Below are positions 38,232 to 51,275 of a stretch of 64,000 bases of DNA, in pieces. A program made the translations under genes and the position numbers. A model generated the notes under the pieces. It did not search any database. It saw only the letters and a list, made by a program, of their open reading frames with translations, and was not told the DNA's origin. Source of the DNA: Tubiluchus corallicola (lineage: Eukaryota; Animalia; Priapulida); NCBI GenBank assembly GCA_030141605.1, contig JAQGDQ010000560.1, positions 76,389-140,388 of the forward strand, written 5' to 3'. Position 1 is the first letter of the stretch, and every line of letters starts with the position of its first letter.

Positions 38232-39302
38232 AGCAATACTTGTGAGAATGTGATAGCTTTGCTAAGTTTGAGCGATACTTGTGAGAATGTGATAGCTTTG
38301 CTAGGTTTTAGCAATACTTGTGAGAATGTGATAGCTTTGCTAGGTTTCAGCAATACTTGCGAGAATGTGATAGCTTTGCTAAGTTTGAGCAATACTTATA
38401 TATATATATAATAATCTTTATTTGCCATTAAAAACATTGATAATCACTGATAAAAACTTTATAGAGATAATCAATCAGTGTTAGTTAATAAAAACTTACA
38501 CTGCTGAAGGCAAATGCGTCAGTGCAATCTAAACTACTGTGCAGTAATGACGAATAAAATCAAACATATTTACAACTATACACAAAAAAATATAAAAAAA
38601 ACTATGATTTAATTTATATGGCCGTGGGTATATGAATTCGGAATTAGTGTGTATGTTGTCGTACTGGTGTGATGGTATTTCATATCTGGTTAATATTAGT
38701 GATTTTAATTTTGTTTTAAATGCTGATAGGGACTTGATTTGTTTAACCTGTAATGGTAGAGAATTCCAAAGTAAAATTGCTTGTTTGATTACAGAGTTCG
38801 TTCCATAGTGGGTATTTGTCCTAATTTGTTTTAGATTGAATGTTCTGGAATTAACGATAGGATTTGGAAAAAAGGTAAATCTGTTATTCTGGAATGGTTT
38901 GCTGATGTTGTTAATGTATTTAAATATAAAAAGCAGAGTAAAATATTCTTTGTGTGCTTCAATGATTGGGAATTTTAAAGTTTTTCTCAGGTTAGTTGTT
39001 GAAGCTTTGAATTTTTGTCTACCTGCCTTGTGTTTGTATGAGTACCCAGCTATCAATCTCAACGCATAGTTTTGAAGGAGATTTAATTTTAAGTAATTTT
39101 CTCTTTTGGTTTTTTGAAGTAGCGTACATCCATATAAGAAGTGTGGTAGAACTAAAGTTTTATATATTAGTGTTTTAGTTTCACACTTGTGAGAATGTGA
39201 TAGCTTTGCTAAGTTTGAGCGATACTTGTGAGAATGTGATAGCTTTGCTAAGTTAGAGCAATACTTGTGAGAATGTGATAGTTTTGCTAAGTTTGAGCAA
39301 TG
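38232..39302. repeat. 39-bp minisatellite (about 4 + 3 copies) split by a LINE insertion
   Basis: unit AGCAATACTTGTGAGAATGTGATAGCTTTGCTAAGTTTG at 38232-38397 and 39185-39302. Confidence 0.93.
38398..39184 (-). mobile_element. 5'-truncated CR1/L2-group LINE with an open ORF2 C-terminus
   Basis: LIYKTLVLPHFLYG...LQNYALRLI...LLWNSLPLQVKQIKSLSAFKTKLK; AATAAA plus (TA)n tail; short TSD actt. Confidence 0.88.
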
Positions 39303-39396
39303 CTTTGATAAAATAAATTGTTGTGTATTGTTACTTGTTTTTGTACCCCTTGCGAAACGTTATCTTCTGCCGTATATGTGTAGAGAACATTGTTAA

Positions 39397-39942
39397 AGGA
39401 AGACCGGACGATTGTTTCGACTCAATCTCATTTTAATTTACTGTCCAAAATATACATTTTCTTGCCTATAAAAGTTAGCAATTGTTTCTTATATTTGAAT
39501 AATTAGCTTAGGAAGTTAATTAACGATAACCGAACACAGCTATTGCTTACGTCAGAAACTAACCACAGTTTGTGGAATGGCAGGCGTCTTCCCTTGCGCA
39601 TCAAGCACATTTGCATAAGTGTTACTGCTTAAAACGCGTGATGTCACGAAAATGAGCTCAACGTTATATGTCGTCAGAAACTAACACAGCAGTTCATGAT
39701 CATGGTTATCACAGTACAGCCTTCTATTTGTCGGCCACGCGAATGTGACGAAAAGGTGCTGTTACCAGTCTCAGTAGATTCACTGAGCCGCGTGTAGCTT
39801 GGAAAGTTTAACGAAATTTGACTATCCGAGGCAATTGTCATTTATTCTGAGCTTTGATTTAAAAAAAAAGCTGTTGTAGTTTTCAATATTTTAGAGCATT
39901 CTTTATTCTTAACTAGAGCTTACACAATCGTCAGGTTTTCTT
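39397..39942. mobile_element. MITE family G, second copy
   Basis: TTAA|AGGAAGACCGGACGATTG ... CAATCGTCAGGTTTTCTT|TTAA; colinear with the 35712 copy. Confidence 0.85.
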
Positions 39943-40099
39943 TTAATAATATTATTACTTTTATTATTAATATATATGATGAATAATACAATTATAACTG
40001 CCTCGTGGTGCATCAAGCTCGCTCCTGTAAGTCATGCATTGCAATACTACATATGGGCAAAACTAACTGATTGTCCAATCCTTATGGTGTTTAGCAAAC

Positions 40100-41037
40100 A
40101 AACGGTAACCGAATTGTAACTGTGGATTTCGATTTGAGTCTGTTGAACACTTTTTGTTGCACTGCCCATTGTATCAACAAACTAGGGTTGTTATGTTTGA
40201 TAAACTAAATGAAATACTTCTGCACGAAAACCTTAATATAGCTGCCTCAGGAACTAATGATCTGTTGAAGTTGTTATTATTCGGAAAAGATGAATTTAAC
40301 TATGTTGTTAACTGTAAAATATTCCAATGCATACGTGACTTTATATTACGTACTAAACGCTTTCAGTAGTTTCTATCTGATATGAAATGCATCAGTCTTA
40401 AATATTCGTACATTTATATTTTCTAACCGTCATTTTTTACTAATGTCTAATGTAATCTTGTAGTAAAACTTGTCAGCTTGTGTAATTATAGTCTATTCTT
40501 ACTGTAAATGTTTTTGCAAATAGTGTATAAAGTCTGTTGTGGTGAGGATCCTAAATCATGTTGTTCATACTGTCTGATCCAATCCTATTGTTGCAGGTGC
40601 AAATGTTTTGGTCCATTAACCTTTCTCAAGGTAGTATATGCATTGGAAGCCACAATATATTAGACTGTAGCTCAACAAGCTAGACTACTTTTTCTACTCT
40701 GACATTGTATAGGTGGAACTTGTTATGTACACACGTCTTTGTTACATTTTAAAATTTGACTTATAATTATACTGCTACCTTTTACTGACATTCTGGCTTT
40801 TCCTCGACTCAATATTGGACAAACAATGTATGTATGCATTTTAGCATTTTAGTGTAACGTAGTAATCTGTAGCACTTATTTTCTAGCACTTTTATTTCAG
40901 TATATTTGTAGATGTAGTAATTGTAGACTACAGAAAATTTGTATTTTTGCAGAATAAACTAACATAGATATGGGAACGCAACTTTGGTTTGAGTGTATAC
41001 ATTACACCTATAATAAATTATGTTTAAACTAACAAAC
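40100..41037 (+). mobile_element. Non-LTR retrotransposon 3' end with CCHC zinc knuckle; internally deleted copy at 19430-19725
   Basis: NCNCG..ESVEHFLLHCPLYQQTR; 3' UTR ends AATAAATTATGTTTAAACTAACAAA in both copies. Confidence 0.8.
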
Positions 41038-42131
41038 AGTTGTGCTTACCTAGAACAAATGATACAACATAAGATTCCAGCAAATTGTTTATTATTATCA
41101 TTATTATCATAGAGTATTACACACCCATATAGCTACTTAGCAATGTGGCTTCTACAGTCCCTGCATAAATTAAACCAAATCTCGCGGCACAAAATTACTA
41201 TTTAACGTACGCAATTCTACAACACACTGCCATGGCAATAGCTTAACTAAGCATTTATTACACACATTTCTAACTTTTGCGTTACAGACATGCCGTCTGC
41301 ATTATCAGTCAAACAAAAGTACAAAGACTTAATGCAATTTTGTATAAAACGTCATATAATAACGTTCATTGTTGACACCGAAATTAATCATAATTATATA
41401 CAAGACATTAGCATTCGAAAATTTTATTAATGACAATTTTACATAATTACCAAGTTATTTTGTCGTCTCACTCATATACTGATAGTGACATCCATGACAC
41501 AAATTTAACGTGTAGTAAGAACAAAACATATTACATTTGTTTACTTACTGTAACATAATTATTTTAAGTAATTTTATGTAAACGGGAACTGCTTTCGTAC
41601 TATGCTAGGCTCGTTCATCGAAGCATGTAAATTCTATTCACCAAGGACGTAAAAAGGAAATTGTCCTCGGTTGCATATGCCTGGCAGTTTAGCATTGGCA
41701 CTAATGAATAATTAAACACACAGATGCTAGCCTACCGTTCGCTAATGCACAAAATATTAAGCATTTTAAAATCAAGAAAAATCGTAAAATAAAAACAATA
41801 CAACAGTATAAAGACAAACAAAGTTTACATTCAAAAATTATCACCTATCTTAGTCTCCATGGTAACCGCAGAGATCAAAGTGAACACAGCGAAGATGAAA
41901 ATTTCATTAACCTTCATTTAAACTATTATTTCAATGCATCCACATACAATAAAATTGTCGAATAAGTAGAAATAAATGGTTATCATTTATGATCAAAGAT
42001 AAACAGTCATTGTCAGAAAAATGTACAAATAGTGTGCATATAATGAAAGCTGCTCTAGCTTTAGACAACCTTGAGAAAAAGATTAAATATACAGAAATAC
42101 ATGAACAAATCTCATTGTCGTAAACACGATG

Positions 42132-42625
42132 CAGTAGTACCTCCGTTTTCGACAGAGAACCGAATGTGTGGTTGAGAACCGAATCATTTATTCCGATAAG
42201 AAATAATGTAAAAGCACATAATCCGTTCTCAAGCACCAAATGAACTGTAAAGTATTAATAAAACGAAATATGATAATGCAAAAATGTTTATTCGAACAGT
42301 AGATATGATATAATTGATAAGAAAAACATAATAGAGATACTTTGAAAGAAAAACATAATTTAGGCACTGCATAAAAAGCGGAGAAAAATAAGCGTAGAAA
42401 GCACTTAGCGATGTTAGGCGATTCAAATCTTGTGCATGACTACTCTTGGGCGTGGTCCGTTACGCTCGGCTCTACTCGGCTCGCCGCGCAAGTGTTCATC
42501 ACGTGTTTGGCGGTTAGTCGAGTACGGAAATTCTGGTCGAGAACGGAGACAATTTCAGCTCAAATTTTCTGGTCGAAAACCGATTTGTACGAGTACAGAG
42601 ACGGTCGACAAAGGAGGTATGACTG
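42132..42625. mobile_element. pogo-like MITE family B
   Basis: CAGTAGTACCTCCGTTTTCGAC ... GTCGACAAAGGAGGTATGACTG|TA; nearly colinear with the 34838 copy. Confidence 0.85.
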
Positions 42626-44078
42626 TATTAAATTTGCCGAATTACCACGTTTGTTTACCAAAACGCGGCGTGAACAGCTTTCGATCAATTAGCGAAAAAC
42701 ATTCTTGTTATAACAAGTAAATAAAGCAATGATTGAATTGAAACAGGAAGTTACCATCAGGCATCGGTTACTACAATCACGTCAAAGCACTATAACAGTT
42801 GCCATATCCGTTACCGTACTCGTGCATGATAACTATACAGTCATAGCTTGGCCACGTTAAGTTAAACTCTACTAAATGTTAAAAGGGCACCAGTAGGCAC
42901 CGCTTTTTCCTTTTTGTCACTAGATGTCACCTCGCTATCCATAATATATTATTACTAGGATTGTTTACAGTACTGCTGGTGCCATCTATTAAAACTGTTA
43001 CAGAACTAAAAGGTGCAACAGCACATTTAACTTGATACATAGTGCGGATAATCTCAGTGTAAAATTTCATGAAGTGATACAGCATAAACTAATTATAAAA
43101 CTCACAACCTGGTTTATCAGCTGAGGATGAAAAAATACAAAAAAATTCAGGTACCAACATAAATTTTTAAGCGGACAAAAACGTGCCCGCACGGAGGTTT
43201 AATCGACTGAGATGAGGAAGAAATTCCCTGTCAAACTTGTTAAAAAAATCATAAATACATAATTATTAAACAGCACAAATGATTATGTTACTATCTATAT
43301 GCCTTCGTAAAACAGATAAACGGGCGTCGGAAAAGTTCGGCTAAAATAACTTCACAAAACTAAGCAGAAAAGAATAAAGAAAGAGTTCCGGCCACGCTGA
43401 AAATAAACCGTTAAAATAAACTTCGGATATGAAATTAAAATTTAGCTGCATTTTACAGCTCTTAGTAAATTAGAAAAAGTACTACACGTGGCTCCATCTT
43501 TTATACGTCGATGATAAAATTTACAATCTACTTCAATCTAGTGTCGGCCTCAAAGTGTTAAAACATGCGTGAGTAAAAAAACGGGTTATACAATTAAGTA
43601 ATCAAGTCAAGAAACAGTAATCTTAAAGCTTCAATAATGCAAGAAATGCCACATATTACCTCATAACTGCAGACACTACTTGCAACTGTGTTTCTGCTAC
43701 ATTTGTGATTTCAAAAATACTCAAAATTTTCCTTCAGAGAATGTCTTAAACAGCAAACGGTTAAACTTGAGTTTCGTTCATCGATTACAGCAATATGTAT
43801 ATACATTTACAAAACTTTAAAAGTCTTGAGGCCATCCTTGGTACTGAAATAAATGGATGACGCAGAGAAACGGCACGAAGCCATCCTCGGTACTCGGTCC
43901 TGAAATAAACGAAAGAGGCAGAGAAACGGCAGCGGGAAAAGCAGGAAAAACGCTAATAACGGCTCGCAAATTCGTCGATACTTTACAATACGTGTCAAAG
44001 CATGTTCGACAATTCATAGTTAAGTACACGTAGTAATAATAGCAGTAGCTTAAGACAAGAATAAATGCAGCTCGTTGC

Positions 44079-44192
44079 CTAGAACAGCCGTAGCCGTTTC
44101 TTGATCTCGTTACGCTTCCACAGTGGCAGCTTGTAAAATTCTATGGGTTTCATCTTGAACAGACGCTGAAACTCTTCTAACGCTAAGTGACG
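44079..44192 (-). CDS. ABLIM: abLIM last coding exon, villin headpiece
   Basis: RHLALEEFQRLFKMKPIEFYKLPLWKRNEIKKRLRLF*, canonical VHP LPLWKRN..KK...LF. Confidence 0.97.
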   Translation of the reverse strand, partial: RHLALEEFQRLFKMKPIEFYKLPLWKRNEIKKRLRLF

Positions 44193-44806
44193 CTGCAAAA
44201 GAAAGACAACAAAAACATCAAAATGTGGCAGCTACCTTCGCAAAAACAAAAACGAAAACAGTGCAAATCAACGAAGCCACGTTTTAGATGCTGCTGGTTT
44301 ACGAGAAGCCTTCTAAGGCCAAGATCCAACATTACAGATTTTTTTAAACAATATGCCCTCAGCAATATACTCAACAGCGAGGCATCACACGTGTTTTGAC
44401 AAAGAGCTAAAATCTATTTACACTATCAAGCACAATCCTCTCTAAGATGAGCCACTGAACCAGTAGTTGTGTTTTAGCCACATTTGAATGTGTAGACATT
44501 CTCCTTCAATGAGGTAAACACCCACTGACAGTTTAGAGCAAATGGAACTGCCTAGAACAAGCACCGAACCAGGTGGTTGCCTATCTATTCATTGACCGGG
44601 CTCAACGTTGCTTCACTTGAGTCATTCAGCACACATTGTAACCATTTGACTATTCAACCCACTCAAGAAATTATACCAATGTCCATTCTAACTACATGAC
44701 CGGCCTGCTGGAGTAGAAAACTATCAATACTGGTTTAATTTGCGATGTGCACTGAAGCAAGATGCACAATCTTAGAAATGAATAAACGCTTAAATAAATT
44801 CCGTAC

Positions 44807-44878
44807 CTCTAAGTGCCCTCTGTTGACATCTTCTGGAAGTTTCTTATTCGTCGTCAGCAGATCCTGGTAGGGATACAA
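44807..44878 (-). CDS. ABLIM: abLIM exon, N-terminal half of villin headpiece
   Basis: LYPYQDLLTTNKKLPEDVNRGHLE, similar to YPYExL...LPxDVDRxxLE. Confidence 0.95.
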
Positions 44879-46186
44879 CTATGGAGAAAAATACGAATCG
44901 GCTATAATGAAAGTCAACTTATACACATGTAAACACACTGACATACAAACAACACACGCGTCATTACATGCTGCTTGGATGTAAACAAAGTGACGGTCCG
45001 CCAACTAGGTGTCAGTTCACAAAATAATGGACTGTGTCCGTAGTATGCAAGAGTTTCAACGGACCAGATTTAGTCCAAATTTTCCGATATCCATAAAAGC
45101 GAGGTCCGGCATCCTGAAGTATGAGTGTGTTTTCTGTTTTGTACGGAGCAAAATTATAATACGGCCTGAAATTATAGTACATTCTGATAATTATCGTACA
45201 AAAGGCAACCCTGTATACCCTAGTTGTGGTTCTCGGAGCTGCAAATAATGGAAGTAATAGATAGTGATGGAAATCGATTATCTTTTTCTTGTGTTTTGTT
45301 TCTCTCGGAAGGCTCGTAGAGAAAACCAGAAAACAGGTCGTCAAATTAAACTAGTTTATTATACGAGAATTCTACAACGCGAAAGTATGAAGGAATGCAA
45401 AATGTTTACAGTAAATGTGATAACCTGGAAACATGAAAGCGAGAAAGCATATCTGAGAATACAAGGAAACAAGAGAATAAACTCCAGTGGCCAGCTCCAC
45501 CTTATATATCAGTGCAAATGAACCATCAGAAAGCACTACGCGCATCGCGTATAGAAAGTTCTCGAATCTTCTACAGGGTAAGAAGATTGTTCTACTATAC
45601 TACAGAATATTCCAGATCTCTACAACACTTTTTATATACGAAAAATTGATTTTTTGTAGACTTTTGAATCAACACAAAACAAAATCGATTTTCTTATCTA
45701 TTATCAAATTGATAAAATAAATGATTATCACCAAAGAAATTTGACACAATCGGAGTATCGATATCGAACTCGACGTGTCATTTTAGCAATTTGTGCGCCC
45801 TATCAATAATAAACATATAGAGAACAACAGTTATCGTGTTATTAACTTCAAAACCTGGTAGCATTAATTATATGAAATGATGCTTCGCAGTTTGCACTGT
45901 CAGTGTGTACAACGCTTGGAAAACAATTTTGTAAAATGCTCAACGAAATCGAAAACGCATTCAACTCGTTATCGTTCATCGAAATCGTATCGCAATTTTT
46001 GTTTCGACTCCCATTACTAGCAATAGATAATAAGACAAAGCTTTCTTTAGTCAAAATTAAACTCTCGTTATCATGCTTTCATTAGTTTTTGCCCATCCTT
46101 TTCGGTTTTTACCGTACTTGGGGGGGGGCGGCTGCTTAGATAATTCACTGGTCTCAAAGAACAGGTAGATTCCCGGCCCGACTCAC

Positions 46187-46320
46187 CTTCGGGGGTTCGT
46201 TCGTTATGTTCGGCAGAGACCGTCGGTGGTAGACCGCGTTGGGATATTTCCGATAGTCTTCGAAAACGTCACCGTTCTGCTGAGTAGGCCCATCAGTGAA
46301 CACCTCCCCGTCCGAGGAAT
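46187..46320 (-). CDS. ABLIM: abLIM exon
   Basis: YSSDGEVFTDGPTQQNGDVFEDYRKYPNAVYHRRSLPNITNEPPK; tttgcag/gtgagt. Confidence 0.9.
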
Positions 46321-46430
46321 CTGCAAAGTATTGATTTTTAACAAATAAGATCGCGGACGAGTAAAATCTAATCGTGGCGACGCCAGTAACTACAAAGCAA
46401 AGGCGTTAATAACTGGACCTGCTTAACAAA

Positions 46431-46672
46431 CACAGTTGGCCACCGACTTACGACCTATGCAACTTACGACTATTAGACCTCATGACTTAGTTAATTAATT
46501 ATACAAAAATAATTATAACTCAGATTTTCAGTTTTTTAAACAAAATCAACTTTAAATTGCCATCAATTTCGATAAATTCATTGTAAGTGCCGTCACACAC
46601 AGCGTACACACACACATCACTTGAATATCGGATGTGCGAGAACTGGTTGTGGTCATAAGTCGATGATTACCT
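46431..46672. mobile_element. Short Tigger-like MITE
   Basis: CGACTTACGACC ... GGTCATAAGTCG inverted ends. Confidence 0.6.
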
Positions 46673-47485
46673 GTGTACTCAAGAACAAGTAATTTGTCAG
46701 AAACAAATTTCCGAGTAGCAAATTAAATATTTGCCTCGTGTAAATAACTTTATAAAGAAGCTACAAGATCATGTATAAATAACTTCTGTGGTTTCATTGT
46801 GTACGTGCGTAAATAGAAAACTTGACTTAATGTGTTGAATGAATAAAGCCTGGTATAAAGTCCGTGGCAGAATTTAAGACATTCGGAGAAACCTGATCCG
46901 TCATAAAGTAGATGGCACAGGTTTCTCCCTAAATGCTAGAGGGAACATAGTTTTTTTCCCCCACAAATAAGTGCACTGTAGGAAAGGGGCATAGTTTATC
47001 GCCATTATAGGGAATACCAGTTTTCCCAAAATGATATATTAAAATTGTAAACTATTATTGTTGTGACGTCTACTAATATCTTTACTTCAACTCTTTTTCG
47101 TAGGATTATTATTGCAAATTGTACATTCTGATGAGTGGAATAATTAAATAATTGTAAATAAGTACATCATGATATTTTAATTTACTGTTTATTCGTTTCA
47201 TTCACTATGTACCGGAATCACCAAACTGGACAACAGATATTAATGATAAACCTTTTTGAGGACAATCTTTTAGGTACATTTAGCTTCTTACAAGGCCTCT
47301 CAATTCTTATCTGAAATCTTATCTGATCAGAAAACAAACAAACGAACCAAAAATTAAAATCAAGTTTACGACGATGCGATTCCAGACTTTAGTCTCATGC
47401 CCAAAAGCACTGTGCAAAATTTGCTTTTAAAGCTGACGACTTTTACAATTATCTAATGAGAAAACAGAAGAAAAGAGGAACTTAC

Positions 47486-47534
47486 AGCCAGACCGAGTGC
47501 TTCTGCTTTCTCCGTAGCTTCCAAATGTACGATT
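47486..47534 (-). CDS. ABLIM: abLIM exon
   Basis: NRTFGSYGESRSTRSG; taacag/gtaagt; phase 0 to 1. Confidence 0.8.
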
Positions 47535-47764
47535 CTGTTAAAAAATACACAAACTGGTATAAATTCATGTTCCAACATCTAACAGCTACACTGCATACAG
47601 TATAGAGCCATTCCTCTTGCATTATTTAAAGGAAAACACAACACAATTTTAAACCGTAGCACAACGTATAAAATATTGGAGGGGAAGATTTTGTGTTTTA
47701 AAAATGGCTTATATGAAAACAATTACAATGCGAAAACGAAATTTACCTAGGTAGTCCATCTGTA

Positions 47765-47975
47765 TGTGGGTGTACCTAATGGGAGCAAGGGTGGTGTGGC
47801 TAACAGGAGCAAAGGGGGCATAGCTAATAGGAGCAAAGGGGGCATAGCATGTGTCAGCAAGGGGCGTAGCTAATGAAAACAAAGGAGGCGTAGCTAATAG
47901 GAGCAAAGGGGGCATAGCTAATGTGGGCAAGGGGCATAGCTAATGGGAGCAAGGGGGCACAGCTAATGGGAGCAA
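47765..47975. repeat. 22-24-bp G-rich tandem repeat
   Basis: TAGCTAATAGGAGCAAAGGGGGCA, about 9 degenerate copies. Confidence 0.88.
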
Positions 47976-48094
47976 TATTTAAAGATGATTCACGTTTAAT
48001 CTTAACTTTCAACTGGTCTAAATTTAAATCTAAACTTCCTACACCCTTCACTTATAAATATTAAAAATAGATGTAATAGAAGCGAGAAACTTAC

Positions 48095-48153
48095 AAGAAC
48101 TCCACCTGGAAGTGTTGCTGATTTAGGAGACAATCCTCTACCTGGAAGGGGTT
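48095..48153 (-). CDS. ABLIM: abLIM exon
   Basis: EPLPGRGLSPKSATLPGGVL; tttcag/gtaagt. Confidence 0.85.
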
Positions 48154-49247
48154 CTGAAACAACAAAATTTATCAAGTAATTCATCAATATTGTGAGTCTA
48201 TGGTTGCTTATGTAATGAACATATTAAACAATTACCTGTGGTGTATTAGAAACACTATTAACCTAGTTTCTATGTGGTCATTATTAATTACATATATTTG
48301 CATAGTGCTTATATTCGAGTAGGCCATACAACTGCTTGTTTTGTAATAACCTGCACTTGTTCATTATATGTCACTTATATAAAAGTTGCGCTCAGTAACT
48401 GCCTGTGGTGTGTTAGAAAATGTGCCTTTTACAAGAATATGAAAGCATGCACATTTTCCGAGGAGAATAAGAATTTTTCCTAAAATGTGACGCCCTCAAA
48501 CTTTGGCGCGCTAGACTATAGCCTAATTAGTTCATTGTTTAATACGCCCCTGTCAACTTCGCATTCTTGCAATGAAACTTGACGGTGCATCGAGACTCGA
48601 GAGATCTGAATAGCTTATTGGGACAGCTACACGGCCAACAGTGAATAGCTAAATTTCATCTAAAAACAGTGTCGGCCCGTAGCTAAGATTAGTGTTAACG
48701 CGGCTTCGGAAAATGTTTAGCTACTGTTTTATTTCTAGGGGGTGCAAGGAGGCCACGGTTAAATTATTTAAATTTTCTGTAAAATCAAAGCACCAAAAAT
48801 GAATTAAATAGAATAGCTGGAAGTGAGATAATCATCTAATTCTACACTTAAGAAAGAGGTACATGGTTTTCAAGTACATCACACGCTGAGTCAAAAACAA
48901 ACGCTAATTTCATAACAGAGTCGGTACTGCATGAGCGACAGCACTTTCTCTACCTATCGTGCACAGCTTCTCATCTCGGACATGTGCGCATGGCCACAAC
49001 AGCCAAACACCACATTGATGGAACTGCGAAGCGCACAGTTCCGTCACGTGCTCAGGTTCCGCACAAGGATTTACAAGTATAAAGCAAGAATTAAAGAAAT
49101 AGACTCGTTATATTGAATGTTATCTAGTCAAAATAGGGGGTGCTGCAGTTCCACAGTACCTATACACGAGCCATCAAAAAACATTTTCAGCAATGCTTAA
49201 TTACAGCAGTACAACTCACTACACTCATCAATGATTTGGATACTTAC

Positions 49248-49361
49248 CTCCATGTTGCTGAATGAGTCCAGGCATAGATGAGCGATAAACAGTACCGCGT
49301 GTGAACTGTCCTTCCTCTCCCTCTAGCCAAGGTTTCGGGTGATTGGCTAACCTCGATGGAG
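49248..49361 (-). CDS. ABLIM: abLIM exon
   Basis: SPSRLANHPKPWLEGEEGQFTRGTVYRSSMPGLIQQHG; ttttcag/gtaagt. Confidence 0.88.
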
Positions 49362-49664
49362 CTGAAAAAAGAAGATGTTACGTCATACTCCTTGCCAGAA
49401 AGCCTGCATGCATCTAAAAAGTTAGTAGAGAACTCTTTGCTGTTCTTTGCATATGATTTTGTCTACTTAATCTCGATGCTTGTGGTGTGACCAGAACCTA
49501 GCTCTCTTCCAAGGTAAGACAACGATGTGTCTTAGCCACAATTGGATGCGTGTAAATCCTTCCTCAATGAGCTTAACCTCCGACAATGATAGGCAGTATT
49601 GGCATTCATAGAAGACCCTACATCTCTACTTACATACGAGATTTGGCACTGCGTAACTAAAGCA

Positions 49665-50182
49665 TGGCCAATGAGCCATTTCTCCCATCCCATTAACAAA
49701 GCAATACAAACGTACAAACATTTATAGGCAATGCACATCTACCTGGTCATCCATCCACTTACTAACCCTGCTCAGCATTGCTTAATTTTGAATGCTAAGC
49801 ACCACGAAGTGGCCACCGAGCCATTTCCCTCATTCCATTAACAAATCAATAGGAACGTACAAGCATTTATAGGCAATGCACATCTAGCTGGTCATCCGTC
49901 CACTTACTAACCCTGCTCAGCATTGCTTAATTTTGAATGCCAAGCACCACGAAGTGGCCACCGAGCCATTTCCCTCATTCCATTAACAAATCAATAGGAA
50001 CGTACAAGCATTTATAGGCAATGCAAATCTAGCTGGTCATCCATCCACTTACTAACCCTGCTCAGCATTGCTTAATTTTGAACGTTAAGCACCACGAAGT
50101 GGCCACCGAGCCATTTCCCTCATTCCATTAACAAATCAATAGGAACGTACAAGCATTTATAGGCGATTCGTATCTAGTTGGT
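49665..50182. repeat. 145-bp tandem repeat (about 3.5 copies) containing an abLIM exon end and donor plus a 5S-like segment
   Basis: GAGCCATTT recurs at 49673, 49818, 49963 and 50108. Confidence 0.93.
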
Positions 50183-50280
50183 ATCGGTAACTCTTTCTTC
50201 GCCGACGGAACACGCGAAGCGTTGCGGGGATCGACCGTGATCGGCTTCTGCATCATCTTCTGCTTCTGCTCTTCAATATT
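50151..50280 (-). CDS. ABLIM: abLIM exon
   Basis: NIEEQKQKMMQKPITVDPRNASRVPSAKKELPIPTRYESPINA; ctgtag/gtacgt. Confidence 0.9.
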
Positions 50281-50356
50281 CTACAGTGAAAAAGCAGAAT
50301 GGTGAAAAAGCACACATTCCACGCATGCACGCACATGCACGCACACACATGCACAC

Positions 50357-51182
50357 TAGGGGTGAGCACTAAACTATTCAAACAAGTTTTTTTTAACTCA
50401 AATTCAATTCCGACGTAAAATTTTGGGTTCGAATACTTCATCATTAGGTTGGAAGAGGTTGCAATCATTTAAATACAGGATAGGTATAACTGATTCATAT
50501 CTGTGTGTTTGCACTTTGGGTGGTCAAACCCCAGAACATTTAATTTTTCATTGTCCGTTACCTTTGGTTAGACACGATACAAGAGTAAATCTCGAACGCG
50601 GCATAGAAAATAATGACATTTGAAACATTTACAGAAAGAGAGACACTAATGTAATTAAAATCTATATAGATATTGTAAAAGAACTTACCCAAAATGATCT
50701 TATAGTAAATTGATTATACATTGATTATAAATATTGGATATATATTTAGAATAAGTAAATTGTAATGCAAAATTGTCAGCTTGTTTAGTAAGAAATTTAT
50801 TTAATGTACATAGTGTAAAGACTTATTTAACGTTTTTGTACTTTTGTGCCCTGCAAATAGAGGGCTTATTGAATAATTTTCAATAAAGATTTTTAATAAT
50901 AAAAATTAATACTTCATCATTTGAAGCACATACATTTTTATCATTAAATCAATCAACACAGTTTACACACGATTTCTGTGCACAATTTTTAAACAAATCG
51001 TTCGTTTTTTTACTGCATAACAAAATCGAGCAACATGCACAATCTTTGCAAGACCGCTTTTTATTAACAAATGATTCAAAAACGAAAATCTTTAAAAATG
51101 AATTCGAATTTGAGTCTGATTCAAAATTTTGAAATTAGGTTTGACTCGAGTTCAAACCTCTGACAGGAAATACTCAACCCTG
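50357..51182. mobile_element. hAT-like MITE family H with a nested LINE
   Basis: TAGGGGTGAGCA ... TACTCAACCCTG. Confidence 0.7.
50446..50907 (+). mobile_element. 5'-truncated non-LTR retrotransposon with C-terminal CCHC zinc knuckle
   Basis: peptide LCVCTLGGQTPEHLIFHCP; AATAAA and A-rich tail; 14-bp TSD aatacttcatcatt (50432-45 and 50908-21). Confidence 0.85.
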
Positions 51183-51275
51183 ATCTCCATTAAGCTGACA
51201 AATAATACAAACTGGTAATTAATTACAACTAATTAGATATAAAACGGCAGCACGATGGTTCGTAAACCTCCAAAC

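Noticed and set aside
43807-44029. GC-richer ORFs downstream of the abLIM stop, or stop-codon readthrough
   Set aside because: The VHP ends canonically at LF*, there is no readthrough motif and no recognisable protein; probably 3' UTR.
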